From: Candidatus Latescibacterota bacterium
GTDB lineage: Bacteria > Krumholzibacteriota > Krumholzibacteriia > WVZY01 > JAKEHA01
Direction of reading: 5' to 3'
DNA: 64,000 nt
Assembly (NCBI GenBank): GCA_963707635.1
Contig: OY970173.1
Coordinates: 1,408,001-1,472,000 of the forward strand
Shown one piece after another: positions 40,123-49,846 of the stretch. Under the pieces are notes generated by a model that saw only the letters and a list, made by a program, of their open reading frames with translations, was not told where the DNA came from and made no database searches. Numbering within the stretch: the first letter of the stretch is position 1; the number at the start of each line of letters is the position of its first letter. The position numbers and the translations under genes are program-made.

Positions 40123-42042
40123 ATGAGCATCGTTTTGAGGTTCGTGCGAACGATCGGCGTACTGATCATTACTCTTGTGCTTGCGGAGCACGCGCATGCA
40201 GGGCCTCCGCTCGCGCTAATCTTCACGCCTGGCAACCAACTCGCCCACCACGAGTCCTACTGGTTGGCTCCATACACCCTGTACACGATGCTGGAGGTCG
40301 GTTCCTCCCGTGAGACACGCGTTCAATGGTTCACCGCCGACGGCAGGTTGAAGCATGAGGTTCGAAACGCTGATGTCGACAACCCGGGGTTCGTCAGACG
40401 ACAGGACACCAGAGGCGAAACCTTCACGTCGGTCGCGAATCCGCATTGGGAGGTCTTTCTGCCTGCACGCAGGGACTGGGAGGGCCCGAGCGGATTCATC
40501 GCGTGGTCGCCGGATGGCAGAGTATTCATACATTCGAGTCGCGTGGGTGAAGCGTACGACGAATGGCCGCGCATCCCGACGACGATCGAGATGTTCATCG
40601 AAGGGAAACGGAAGACGCTCGGACCCTACACTGGCGCGCCGCGCGCGATTCAGCTCGATCCCAGTGGCGCCCTGGCCGTCCATTTCTTGGACGGACGACT
40701 GGTCCTCGTCGATCGGAGCGGGCGCGAGAGGTTTCAAACGACAGCGCCAGTGACTCCGGGCACGCGGCTGTTGGGCTGCAACGACTACGGTGTCCTGGTG
40801 GGAGATATGGACGACACGAGCCCAATTGAGTATTACGGCGTCGAAGGCGGTCGGACCTCCTTCAGAAAGCCAGGCGGGTACCCTGCCGTCTGGATCGGAC
40901 GTGATCGGGTACTCTTTGACAGCGCGCCCGACAGTTTGCTCCTTGTCGACTGCGCCAAGGGTGGAGTGATCTGGCGAAGGCATCATGACGGTGAGAGAAT
41001 TGTTTCAGGATCGCAAGCATACGCTGTCGTCGAGCCGTATCTGATCACAGCGGCAGCCGAGCTGCGCCCGTCGTCGGATGCCGAGTGGCCCGCGCTTTGG
41101 CTTCGCGCGCTCGAGCTTGAGACCGGTAAGCTCGTGGCGACCTGGGCGGGTAACCAGACTCGCGGCGCCCAGCCGCGCTTCTTCGAGAACGATGGGAGGG
41201 TCCTGTTCTTGGATGGTTCACGGCTCTCCAATGTCGACCCGGACGACATTCGGGAAAGCCGACAAGGATGGAGTTCTAGTCGGCCACCGGAACCTGCACC
41301 ACCCCTCTTCGAAGAGGGCCCTGCGGCGAGTCCGCTGTCGTGGGAGCCGATCCAGCCGCGCAAGCAAGCGACCGCGATGCTGTTCACGCCGCGGCAGCGG
41401 ATCGCGAACGTCGACCCCCTTCCTACTTCTGTGAACCTTGTGGACTTTCGCGATTCCCGGCCTTACGGCGAGAAGGAGCGACGCGATGTCTGGCTAGCCC
41501 GCTATGATTCGGTGCGCGTGCAAATCGACAGCACTCGTATTGCTATAGTGGAACACCTTTCGGCGGCATTCGACGCCACGACTGGTGATCTCGTGTGCGT
41601 CTTCACGGATCCGGCCCCCCGATGGATCCGTTCCAAGCAAGAGCCCGTCGACGCCGAGGCACGCGTCAGGGAATCACGCCACAGCGAGCTCGCGCCGGCT
41701 GAGTACTCCAGCTTGCAGTCGACCCCTGTGGACATCGTCGGTGCGCTGCTGGGCTCGCGCTACGTCGAGCTGAGTACTGTGGGGCAGATCGTGCTGCGAC
41801 CGCGTTTCGTCACTGCGCAGTTCCCGGCGCGTCGGTTCGAGGGCAAGCTCATTCCGATCATCCCACCGTCCAACATGTGGATCGTCGAGGTGCTGGGATT
41901 CAAGGCGGATCAAGTAGTGGGTGATCGTCCCGAGGTTGAGTGCATCCCGATCGCCGGCATCCCAAGTGATCGTCACGTTCCCGCCATTGTCATCGGGGAC
42001 GTCCGCAACCGACGTGATGGTCGGTTCTGGCCTGCCCCATGA
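40123..42042 (+). CDS. Exported hypothetical protein (N-terminal beta-propeller-like region plus a second domain); C-terminus probably chimeric
   Basis: Long ORF with signal peptide ending AHA-G; less GC-biased codons; last ~45 codons overlap an antisense gene remnant. Confidence 0.6.
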   Translation: MSIVLRFVRTIGVLIITLVLAEHAHAGPPLALIFTPGNQLAHHESYWLAPYTLYTMLEVGSSRETRVQWFTADGRLKHEVRNADVDNPGFVRRQDTRGETFTSVANPHWEVFLPARRDWEGPSGFIAWSPDGRVFIHSSRVGEAYDEWPRIPTTIEMFIEGKRKTLGPYTGAPRAIQLDPSGALAVHFLDGRLVLVDRSGRERFQTTAPVTPGTRLLGCNDYGVLVGDMDDTSPIEYYGVEGGRTSFRKPGGYPAVWIGRDRVLFDSAPDSLLLVDCAKGGVIWRRHHDGERIVSGSQAYAVVEPYLITAAAELRPSSDAEWPALWLRALELETGKLVATWAGNQTRGAQPRFFENDGRVLFLDGSRLSNVDPDDIRESRQGWSSSRPPEPAPPLFEEGPAASPLSWEPIQPRKQATAMLFTPRQRIANVDPLPTSVNLVDFRDSRPYGEKERRDVWLARYDSVRVQIDSTRIAIVEHLSAAFDATTGDLVCVFTDPAPRWIRSKQEPVDAEARVRESRHSELAPAEYSSLQSTPVDIVGALLGSRYVELSTVGQIVLRPRFVTAQFPARRFEGKLIPIIPPSNMWIVEVLGFKADQVVGDRPEVECIPIAGIPSDRHVPAIVIGDVRNRRDGRFWPAP

Positions 42043-42630
42043 CCCATACCGACTCTCCACCCGCTGAGCGTAGTACCCGCCGCCCGTCGATATCGTACGT
42101 GAAGATGCCCGCTGGTTGCCGTGAGACGATCGTGGGGTAAAGTTGGTTCGCTGCTGTGCAAACGGCAACACCGCCGGCAACCCAGACCGGATCCCCGGAA
42201 GCATTCAGCCGCTGCGCATACACATCCCGTACCGCCAGGTGATGATGGCTCCGCTCCCCCGTCCGAGACAAGCTCAGGGTCGAAGCCACCCTGCGTCGTG
42301 ACGGCGACGCCGTTGGGCGTCCACAGGGGCACTCCGGACATGTTCACCCGCTGCGCATACACGCTGCGAATGCCGCCGCGTCCGTCCTCCCAGGTGATGA
42401 TGGCGCCGTGGGCGCCGTCCCGAATGATCTCGGGCGACAGGTCATACTGGGCGGTGGAAAGGGAGACACCACCGCCGGTGCACAATGGAACCCCGGACTC
42501 GTCCAAACGCTGCACGAAAATGCCATAGTTAAAGTCCCCCGCTCGGCTGTCCGTCCAGGTAACGATGGATCCAAGGCCGTCCGACGTGACTTGCGGGGAA
42601 GCGGGGCCGGGCACGTGTCCCGGTAGCGGC
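41905..42630 (-). pseudogene. Decayed fragment of a repeat protein (SDG.G.I..W.D.R...YAQR repeats)
   Basis: Repeats continue across three reading frames (ORFs 41973-42614, 41990-42289, 41674-42204); no start/signal region and no C-terminal sorting domain. Confidence 0.7.
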
Positions 42631-42639
42631 GGCTAAGCA

Positions 42640-43587
42640 ATGAACTACTCGATAACCACATCTCTCGGGTCAGTGAAGTATTTAGCAATAGTGGCCATTC
42701 TTCCCTTATGCGCTGATCCTGTGTTGGGCGGTTCTGAGGTAATCAGGGATCCTTCTGCATGGGACTACGCGCCGCTTCAATACTATGACATCGTGGTACA
42801 CGGCACAGTGCGTGAAGTCACGGCAGACGAGGTCTCCAGAAATGCCTTGTGGACGCAAGCCTCAAAGACCGATCGCATGACACCGGTGAGACGCGTTACG
42901 GTGGACGTTTTGGACGTTCCTCGTGGGCCGAGTGTTGCGGCGGCATGGACATTCATTGTGCCTTTTACCCACTCGCAGGGTTATGACACACCGTACGTTC
43001 CCGGACAGGAAGTCCTAATCGCCGCGATGTATCATCCGGGCCTGCAGGGTTACTACCTGAAGTCATACTACGGGAGGTACGTCAGGCGGGGTGACGACTG
43101 GGCGTGCGAAGAGACGCCTAGGGGAACAAGAACGTTCACGGACGCCGAGCTTCGCGAGAAGATTCGCGTTGTTGAGCCCGCACGTGTTGTTTCCGACGCC
43201 GAACTGATCGTCGTGGGGACCGTGGATTCGTCGGCGGTCGAGGTGATCAAAGGGCCAGACTCAAGCTCGGCGGAAATACTCCGAGTGCAAATGCGCGTGG
43301 ACGCGGTCAGGAAGGGACGCTATGAAGGCGGATCGATCGCTGTTGCCATGTACCAGGGCGGTCTATATCTGCCGGCGTGGGCGAAACACGCGCCGGATCG
43401 CTTCAGCCCGGGTGAGAAGTGGCTGTGCTTTCTTAAAAAGGGTGAGGTGGGCTGGTACCCCTTCGCCGGCTCAAATGGTTTGTTGCAGGTGATGCAAGAG
43501 GGGTTGATATACGACCGGCGAGTCCCATACTGGCACGATGCCTCGAAAATCGACGCACTCATATCCGAGGTTGGTGTTAAGAGATGA
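42640..43587 (+). CDS. Exported hypothetical protein with two tandem similar domains
   Basis: DIVVHGTVREV...PGQEVLI and ELIVVGTVDSS...PGEKWLCFL; visibly lower GC. Confidence 0.65.
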   Translation: MNYSITTSLGSVKYLAIVAILPLCADPVLGGSEVIRDPSAWDYAPLQYYDIVVHGTVREVTADEVSRNALWTQASKTDRMTPVRRVTVDVLDVPRGPSVAAAWTFIVPFTHSQGYDTPYVPGQEVLIAAMYHPGLQGYYLKSYYGRYVRRGDDWACEETPRGTRTFTDAELREKIRVVEPARVVSDAELIVVGTVDSSAVEVIKGPDSSSAEILRVQMRVDAVRKGRYEGGSIAVAMYQGGLYLPAWAKHAPDRFSPGEKWLCFLKKGEVGWYPFAGSNGLLQVMQEGLIYDRRVPYWHDASKIDALISEVGVKR

Positions 43588-43699
43588 GACTCACGCTGGC
43601 GTCGATTCCGCGCCATCTTTTCTGTTTCTCGCCCCGGGGCGACGTGCTAAGGTATCCGGACCGCACTATCTTTTTCCTTTCGGATGCGTTGGAGGCAGC

Positions 43700-44887
43700 A
43701 TGGCAGACACACCTACTATTGTGATCGGGGTGCCGCGAGAGACGTTCCCGGGTGAAGCGCGCGTCGCATTGGTGCCGGCGTTGATCCCCACCCTCGCCAA
43801 GTCCGGCATAAAGGTGGTCGTCGAGCGTGGGGCGGGAGACGCCGCGGGTTATTCCGACGCCGCGTTCCAGGAGAAGGGCGCGAGCCTCGGCACGCGCGAC
43901 GAAGTATTCGCGTCGGCGCAGATCGTGGTCCAGGTCCGCGCCGCCGGCGCGAATCCGGGCGCGGGCAGTGACGACCTGCGGCGGCTGCGCAAGGGCCAGA
44001 TCGTGATCGCCATGGTCGACCCGCTGGGAGAGCCGCAGGGCGTGCGCGAATTCGCGTCGTCGGGCGCGACCTTGTTCGCGCTCGAGCTCATCCCGCGAAT
44101 CACCCGCGCGCAGAGCATGGACGTGCTGTCGTCGATGGCGACGGTCGCGGGCTACAAAGCGGTGGTACTCGCCCAGGAAGCATTGCCGCGGATGTTCCCG
44201 ATGATGATGACGGCGGCAGGCACGCTCACGCCGGCGCGCGTGTTCGTGGTCGGAGCCGGGGTGGCGGGCCTGCAGGCGATCGCGTCGTCGAAGCGGGCCG
44301 GTGCGGTGGTGCACGCGTACGACGTGCGCCCGGCGGTCAAGGAGCAGATCCAGAGCCTGGGGGCGAAGTTCGTCGAGCTCCCGGTCGAAACCAAAGACGC
44401 CGAGGACAAGGGCGGATACGCGAAGGAACTGGGCGAGGACTTCTACCGCCGCCAGCGCGAATTGATGGCCAAGGTGGTCGCGGAGAGCGACGTCGTCATT
44501 ACCACGGCGGCGATTCCGGGCAAGAAGTCGCCGGTGCTCATCACGACCGACATGCTCAAGGGGATGGCGCCCGGCTCGGTGGTGGTGGATCTCGCCGCGG
44601 AACGCGGCGGCAACGTCGAGGCGACGAAGCCCGGAGAGACGATTCGCGTCCACGGCGTCACCGTGATGGGGCCGCTGAACCTGGCGTCGTCGATCCCGTA
44701 CCACGCCAGCCAGATGTACGCGCGCAACGTCGTCGTCTTCATCCAGAACTTCGTCAAGGACGGCGTCGTCAATCTGTCGATGGACGACGAGATCATTCGC
44801 GACACCGCGGTCGCGCGCGACGGCAGCGTCAGCAGTCCCCGCGTGCGCGAGTTGCTGGGAATGCCGGCCGCCGCAGCGACGGTATAG
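43700..44887 (+). CDS. pntA: NAD(P) transhydrogenase alpha subunit, soluble domain I only (PntAA)
   Basis: GGAGG RBS; IPRITRAQSMDVLSSM, GAGVAGLQAI, GGYAKE, DLAAERGGN. Confidence 0.93.
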   Translation: MADTPTIVIGVPRETFPGEARVALVPALIPTLAKSGIKVVVERGAGDAAGYSDAAFQEKGASLGTRDEVFASAQIVVQVRAAGANPGAGSDDLRRLRKGQIVIAMVDPLGEPQGVREFASSGATLFALELIPRITRAQSMDVLSSMATVAGYKAVVLAQEALPRMFPMMMTAAGTLTPARVFVVGAGVAGLQAIASSKRAGAVVHAYDVRPAVKEQIQSLGAKFVELPVETKDAEDKGGYAKELGEDFYRRQRELMAKVVAESDVVITTAAIPGKKSPVLITTDMLKGMAPGSVVVDLAAERGGNVEATKPGETIRVHGVTVMGPLNLASSIPYHASQMYARNVVVFIQNFVKDGVVNLSMDDEIIRDTAVARDGSVSSPRVRELLGMPAAAATV

Positions 44888-44907
44888 CGGCGACCCACCC
44901 GTCCCGC

Positions 44908-45225
44908 ATGCGAGTGCGCGTCTGCCCGGCGAGCGCGGTTCCCGCCGGCGGCATGAAGGCCGCGGAAGTCGCGGGCCATCCGTTGCTGCTGGCCAACATC
45001 GGCGGCCGGTTTCTGGCGGTCGAGGACGTGTGCACCCACGCGCGTGCGCGGCTCTCGGACGGTCACCTCGACGAGGGTGAATGCACGGTCGAGTGCCCGC
45101 TGCACGGCGGGAAGTTCTCGCTGGAATCGGGGGAAGCGCTGGAGTTTCCGGCTGAGGATCCGTTGCCCGTCTATCCCGTCACCGTAATCGGCGGCGAAAT
45201 TCACGTCGACCTTCCGGACGATTGA
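44908..45225 (+). CDS. Rieske-type [2Fe-2S] ferredoxin
   Basis: CTH...CPLHGGKF. Confidence 0.9.
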   Translation: MRVRVCPASAVPAGGMKAAEVAGHPLLLANIGGRFLAVEDVCTHARARLSDGHLDEGECTVECPLHGGKFSLESGEALEFPAEDPLPVYPVTVIGGEIHVDLPDD

Positions 45226-45244
45226 CCATACTCGCAGGACGCAC

Positions 45245-46318
45245 ATGAAGATCGGAATCATCGGTCTCCCACAGACCGGAAAGAAGACCTTGTTCTCGCT
45301 CCTGGTCGGGCCGGCGGCTCTGGCCGGGCAGACGGACGCGCGCGCGCCGGTGCGCGGCGTGGCCGACGTGCAGGATCCCCGCTTCGACCGGCTGGTGGCG
45401 ATGTACGAGCCCAAGCGCCAGGTGCGGGCGCGCCTGGAGGTCGTGCTCGTCCCCGCTATAGAGGAGAATTCGCTCTCGCAGGGCGATTCCATCAATGAGC
45501 TGGGCGAGGTGGAAGCGTTCTGCCACGTGGTGCGCGCGTTCGAGGACGACTCGGTGTACCACGTGTGGGGTGATCCCGACCCGAAACGCGAGGTCGAGTA
45601 TCTCCACGGCGAGATGATCCTCCACGATCTGGTGTTCATCGAGAAGCGGCTGGAGCGCATCGACAAGAACCTCAAGAAGGGGAAGGACGACCGGGCGGAG
45701 AAGGAGCGCGCGCTGCTCCTGCGCTTTCGCGAAGCGTTGGAGAAGGAAACGGCGCTGCGCCTGCTGACCCTCGCTCCCGATGACGCCGCGCTGGTGTCGA
45801 GCTATCCGTTCCTCTCGCTGCGGCCGTTGATCGTGGCGCTCAACGTGGGCGACGACGGCGTCGCCGACACCACCCGGCGCGACGCCCTGGCGGCGGCGTT
45901 TGCGGGGCTGGGCGCGCACTTCGTGCAGCTGGCCGCGCGGGCGGAGGCGGAGATCGCGCGCCTGGAGACGGCGGAGGAGCGCGCCGCCTTCATGCAGGAC
46001 ATGGGCATCCGCGAGCCGGCGCTCCATTTGTTGACGTCGCGCTGCATCGAAGCGCTCGGGCTGCAATCGTTCTTCACCGTCGGCACCGACGAAGTGCGCC
46101 AGTGGTTCGTGCGCCGCGGGGCGTTCGCCCCCGAAGCGGCGGGTGTCATCCACAGCGATCTCCAGCGCGGATTCATCCGCGCCGAGGTGATGAAGTACAA
46201 CGACCTCGTGGCCGCCGGCGGCGAAGAGAAGCTCAAGACGGTCGGGAAGTACTACCTCAAGGGCAAGGACTACGTCGTGGAAGACGGCGACATCCTCACC
46301 ATCCGTTTCAACGTCTAG
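45245..46318 (+). CDS. YchF/DUF933-like protein with atypical G-domain motifs
   Basis: C-terminal TGS domain SFFTVG..EVRQW..AAGVIHSDLQRGFIRAEV..GKDYVVEDGD..RFNV; HVVRAF. Confidence 0.85.
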   Translation: MKIGIIGLPQTGKKTLFSLLVGPAALAGQTDARAPVRGVADVQDPRFDRLVAMYEPKRQVRARLEVVLVPAIEENSLSQGDSINELGEVEAFCHVVRAFEDDSVYHVWGDPDPKREVEYLHGEMILHDLVFIEKRLERIDKNLKKGKDDRAEKERALLLRFREALEKETALRLLTLAPDDAALVSSYPFLSLRPLIVALNVGDDGVADTTRRDALAAAFAGLGAHFVQLAARAEAEIARLETAEERAAFMQDMGIREPALHLLTSRCIEALGLQSFFTVGTDEVRQWFVRRGAFAPEAAGVIHSDLQRGFIRAEVMKYNDLVAAGGEEKLKTVGKYYLKGKDYVVEDGDILTIRFNV

Positions 46319-46320
46319 CC

Positions 46321-47517
46321 ATGACTCCCAGCGTGCGCTTGCAGGCCGGGCGCGACCGTTCCGCGCGCCATCGTCACCCGTGGGTGTTCTCGGGGGCCGT
46401 CGACTCGGTGTCCGGGTCGCCGGCGCCGGGCGAGATCGTGGACGTGATCGACGCGCGCGGCGCCTTCCTGGGCCGCGGCTACTACAACGAACATTCGCGG
46501 ATTCGCGTGCGCATGCTCACGTGGACGCCGGGTGAAATCGACGACGCACTCTGGCGCGACCGGGTGACCGCTTCGATCCGGCGCCGCGCCGCGATCGTTT
46601 CCGCCGAAGACGCGGGGAAAACGACCAACGCGTATCGTCTCGTCCACGCCGAAGCCGACCTGCTCCCCGGCCTGGTGGTGGATCGCTATGGCGATGTCGT
46701 CGTCGTCCAGTTCCTCACCGCCGGCGTCGAGCGCGTGCGCGAGGTCGTGGTCGACGCGATCGAAGCGGCGCTAACGCCGCGCTGCATCTTCGACCGCAGC
46801 GACAGCGCGTCGCGCGCGAAGGAGGGGCTGGAGACGTCGGTCGGCGCGCTTCGCGGCGACGCGCCCGGTCCGGTCGATATCCTCGAGAACGGGCTGCGCT
46901 TCCAGGTGAACGTCGAGAGCGGGCAAAAGACGGGTTTCTATCTCGACCAGCGCGAGAACCGCGCGCGGGTCGCGGAGCACGCGCGCGGGCGCGAGGTCCT
47001 CGACGCGTTCTGCCACACGGGGGCGTTCGCCGCGTACGCGGCGCGGGCGGGTGCGCGCTCGGTCTCGCTGGTCGATTCCTCGGAGGCGTCGCTGCGGACG
47101 GCGCGGCTGAACCTGGAGCAGAACGCGCCGCCGGAGTGCGCGCGCGAGTTCGTGTCGGCCGACGTGTTCGAACACCTGCGTGAGCTGCGCGGGCAGGGGC
47201 GCCGCTACGATCTGGTCGTGCTCGATCCGCCGAAGTTTGCGTCGAACCGGCACCAGCTCGAAAACGCGCTGCGCGCTTACAAGGACATCAACCTGCTCGC
47301 GATGGAGCTGCTCGCGCCCGAGGGAGTGCTGGCGACGTTCTCCTGCTCGCAGGTCGTCGACGCGGCGTCGTTCACAATGGCGGTGTCGTGGGCCGGCGTC
47401 GACGCCGGGCGCGACGTGCAGATTCTGCGCCGGCTCGGACAGGGGCCCGACCACCCGGTGCTAGCCTCGTTCCCCGAGTCGGAGTACCTCAAGGGGCTCT
47501 TGTGCCGCGTCTCGTGA
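46321..47517 (+). CDS. rlmI: RlmI-like class I SAM-dependent rRNA methyltransferase (PUA domain)
   Basis: HPWVFSG, EADLLPGLVVDRY, GQKTGFYLDQRENR, LDPPKF, FSCS, YLKG. Confidence 0.88.
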   Translation: MTPSVRLQAGRDRSARHRHPWVFSGAVDSVSGSPAPGEIVDVIDARGAFLGRGYYNEHSRIRVRMLTWTPGEIDDALWRDRVTASIRRRAAIVSAEDAGKTTNAYRLVHAEADLLPGLVVDRYGDVVVVQFLTAGVERVREVVVDAIEAALTPRCIFDRSDSASRAKEGLETSVGALRGDAPGPVDILENGLRFQVNVESGQKTGFYLDQRENRARVAEHARGREVLDAFCHTGAFAAYAARAGARSVSLVDSSEASLRTARLNLEQNAPPECAREFVSADVFEHLRELRGQGRRYDLVVLDPPKFASNRHQLENALRAYKDINLLAMELLAPEGVLATFSCSQVVDAASFTMAVSWAGVDAGRDVQILRRLGQGPDHPVLASFPESEYLKGLLCRVS

Positions 47518-47596
47518 ATATCGTAACTAGGTAATAAACAGTTTGACCCACGGCGCGCCGCACCGGTACCCTCGAAGTGGATACCGGAGGTGGCAC

Positions 47597-48028
47597 ATGC
47601 TCACGGTTCGCGACATACTCGACCGCAAGGGGCGCCACGTGTGGACGATCGCGCCGGATGCACCCGTCTACAACGCGTTGGAGTTGATGGCGGAGAAGCG
47701 CGTCGGCGCGCTGCTGGTGCTCGAGCGCGAGCGCCTGGTGGGCGTGGTGTCGGAGCGCGACTACGCGCGCAAGGTCATCCTCGCCGGCAAGGCGTCCAGG
47801 GAAACGCCGGTGCGCGACATCATGACGTCGAAGGTCTACTACGTCACCCCCTCGCACCGGCTGGACGAGTGCATGGCGCTCATGACCGACAAGGCCGTGC
47901 GACACTTTCCGGTAATGGAGGGCGAGCGGCTCGACGGTGTAATCTCGATCGGCGACGTGGTCAAGGCCATGATCTCCCACCAGGAGTTCCTGATCGAACA
48001 GCTCGAACACTTCATCACGGGGCGCTAG
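47597..48028 (+). CDS. CBS-pair domain protein
   Basis: GGAGG RBS; GVVSERDYARKV, RHFPV, ISIGDVVK. Confidence 0.92.
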   Translation: MLTVRDILDRKGRHVWTIAPDAPVYNALELMAEKRVGALLVLERERLVGVVSERDYARKVILAGKASRETPVRDIMTSKVYYVTPSHRLDECMALMTDKAVRHFPVMEGERLDGVISIGDVVKAMISHQEFLIEQLEHFITGR

Positions 48029-48133
48029 CGCCGGCGCGCCTGTACCCACCTGGCGGCGAAGTCCGCCGCAAAATACGTTGAACGCCCCCGCGCCCGGCGT
48101 CTACGATCATCGGGTCCCCATCAAGGAGGCCCG

Positions 48134-48664
48134 ATGTCGGTCAACCGGACGCTAGCGGTCGGCGCCGCCGCCGCGATCGTACTTTCCCTGCCATTTTTCG
48201 GACGCACCTGGAACCAGTTCATGCACGTGCTCGGCGCCGTGCTGTTCATGGGGAACATCGTGGTCAGTGCCGCGTGGATGAGCCTCGCCCGGCGTGCCCG
48301 GCACCCCGAGGCGCTCCGGCTCGGGGTCCGCGGGGTGACCTTCACGGACGCGGTGTTCACGCTGCCGGGAGCGCTCCTGGTACTGCTCAACGGAGGCATT
48401 ATCGCCACGCCGTATTTTCAGGCCCGGGTGGGCTGGGTGATGGTGTCGCTGGTGTTGTTCCTCCTCTCCGGGCTGGTGTGGCTCGCGATCCTGGTCCCCG
48501 CGCAGAAGCGTCTGTCCGCGCTCATGACCTCGATGCCGCCGGGCGGTCCGATTCCGGAGGGCGCCGACGCGCTGGTGTCGCGATGGTTCCGCTGGGGCGG
48601 AATCGCGACGCTTCTGCCGCTGGTGTCGCTGGTGTTGATGGTCGTCAAGCCCCGGATTGGATGA
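48134..48664 (+). CDS. DUF2269-like membrane protein
   Basis: AAGGAGG RBS; HVLGAVLFMGN, DAVFTLPG, LMVVKP. Confidence 0.75.
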   Translation: MSVNRTLAVGAAAAIVLSLPFFGRTWNQFMHVLGAVLFMGNIVVSAAWMSLARRARHPEALRLGVRGVTFTDAVFTLPGALLVLLNGGIIATPYFQARVGWVMVSLVLFLLSGLVWLAILVPAQKRLSALMTSMPPGGPIPEGADALVSRWFRWGGIATLLPLVSLVLMVVKPRIG

Positions 48665-48674
48665 CACGCGACCC

Positions 48675-49722
48675 ATGATCCGTCGAGCACGAGCGCATGG
48701 CCTCGGGTGGGTCGTCGTATGCGTGGGGCTGGCCGCCGCCCTCTCGTGCGGTGACGACGATACGACCGTACCCCCCGACGACTCGCGACCCGCGTTCCAC
48801 GGGATCGGCGGCTGGACCGAATTCGATCTCTACGCGGTGGGGGACGGTGGGGCCATCGAGCGCTACCGCGGCGTCGAGTTTCGTGCCGGTCGCGTCCCCG
48901 ACCACGAAGAATCTGCGCGACATCGTCGGTTTTTCCGCGTCGTCGGCGTTCGTGGTCGGCGACGGCGGAACCATCCTGCGCTACGACGGCACGTCGTTCT
49001 CGCTCGACGCCGAGCCCGACGACGAGCGATCTGCTACGCGCTCTGGGGCGAGTCGAGCTCCAATCTGATCGCGGTCGGCGCGGGCGGCGTCATCGTCGAG
49101 AACGACGGGGGCGGCTGGCAGACCGCCACCAGTCCGGTGACGAGCGACCTCGAGGGCGTGTTTGGCGCTATCGACCGGAGAGGCGTACGCGGTCGGCGCG
49201 GCGGGCACAATCGTCCATCGCGTCGCCGGCGTGTGGTCGGCGCCCGCCCCGTTCACCAGCGCGCGGCTGCGGGCGGTATGGGCGGACAAGCCCCGCGACT
49301 GGTTCGCGGTGGGAGACGGGGGCGAAATCTGGCAGGAGCGCGGAGCCGGCTGGTCGCTGATGGCGTCACCGCGCACCGACGATCTCTACGACGTGCACGG
49401 CAGCGACAGCGCGTACGTGTTCGCCGTCGGGGACACCGATTCGATTCTCTTCTACGACCAGGTCGCGTGGCGCACGCTCGAGCCCAACCCGGCGGGCCGG
49501 CTCGAGTCGATCTGGGCGACGATCTGCGCCGTGCCTCCCGCTCCGCTGTCGAACCGGGACGTCGCCGTGCACTGTTCCAATACCTACTTTGCCGGGCGGT
49601 CCGGCGTCGTGACGCGCTTCACGCTGTTCGGCAGCTACGAACGGCTGGCCGGCCTCTCTGGTCCGCGCGGCGCGGGGACGATGGGGTACGCGTGGGTCGG
49701 GTGGCGGGCTTACGGCCGCTAA
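48675..49722 (+). pseudogene. Beta-propeller lipoprotein (AVGDGG.I repeats) with three apparent frameshifts
   Basis: Lipobox ALSC; repeats alternate between the frames of ORFs 48657, 48697 and 49162. Confidence 0.7.
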
Positions 49723-49730
49723 AACCTGCC

Positions 49731-49759
49731 TTGTTGGCGCCGACATCCTGCCGTATACT
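49731..49759 (+). promoter_or_regulatory. Candidate sigma70 promoter TTGTTG-N17-TATACT for the MbnP/MbnH-like pair
   Basis: Motif and spacing read from sequence. Confidence 0.4.
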
Positions 49760-49846
49760 TGTTAGGACCTTAGGGGTGATGTTTGCCCCGTCCGCACGAG
49801 CCCCCCGACGCGGCCGTTCGATCCTCGACGGAGACCAAGGAATTCA

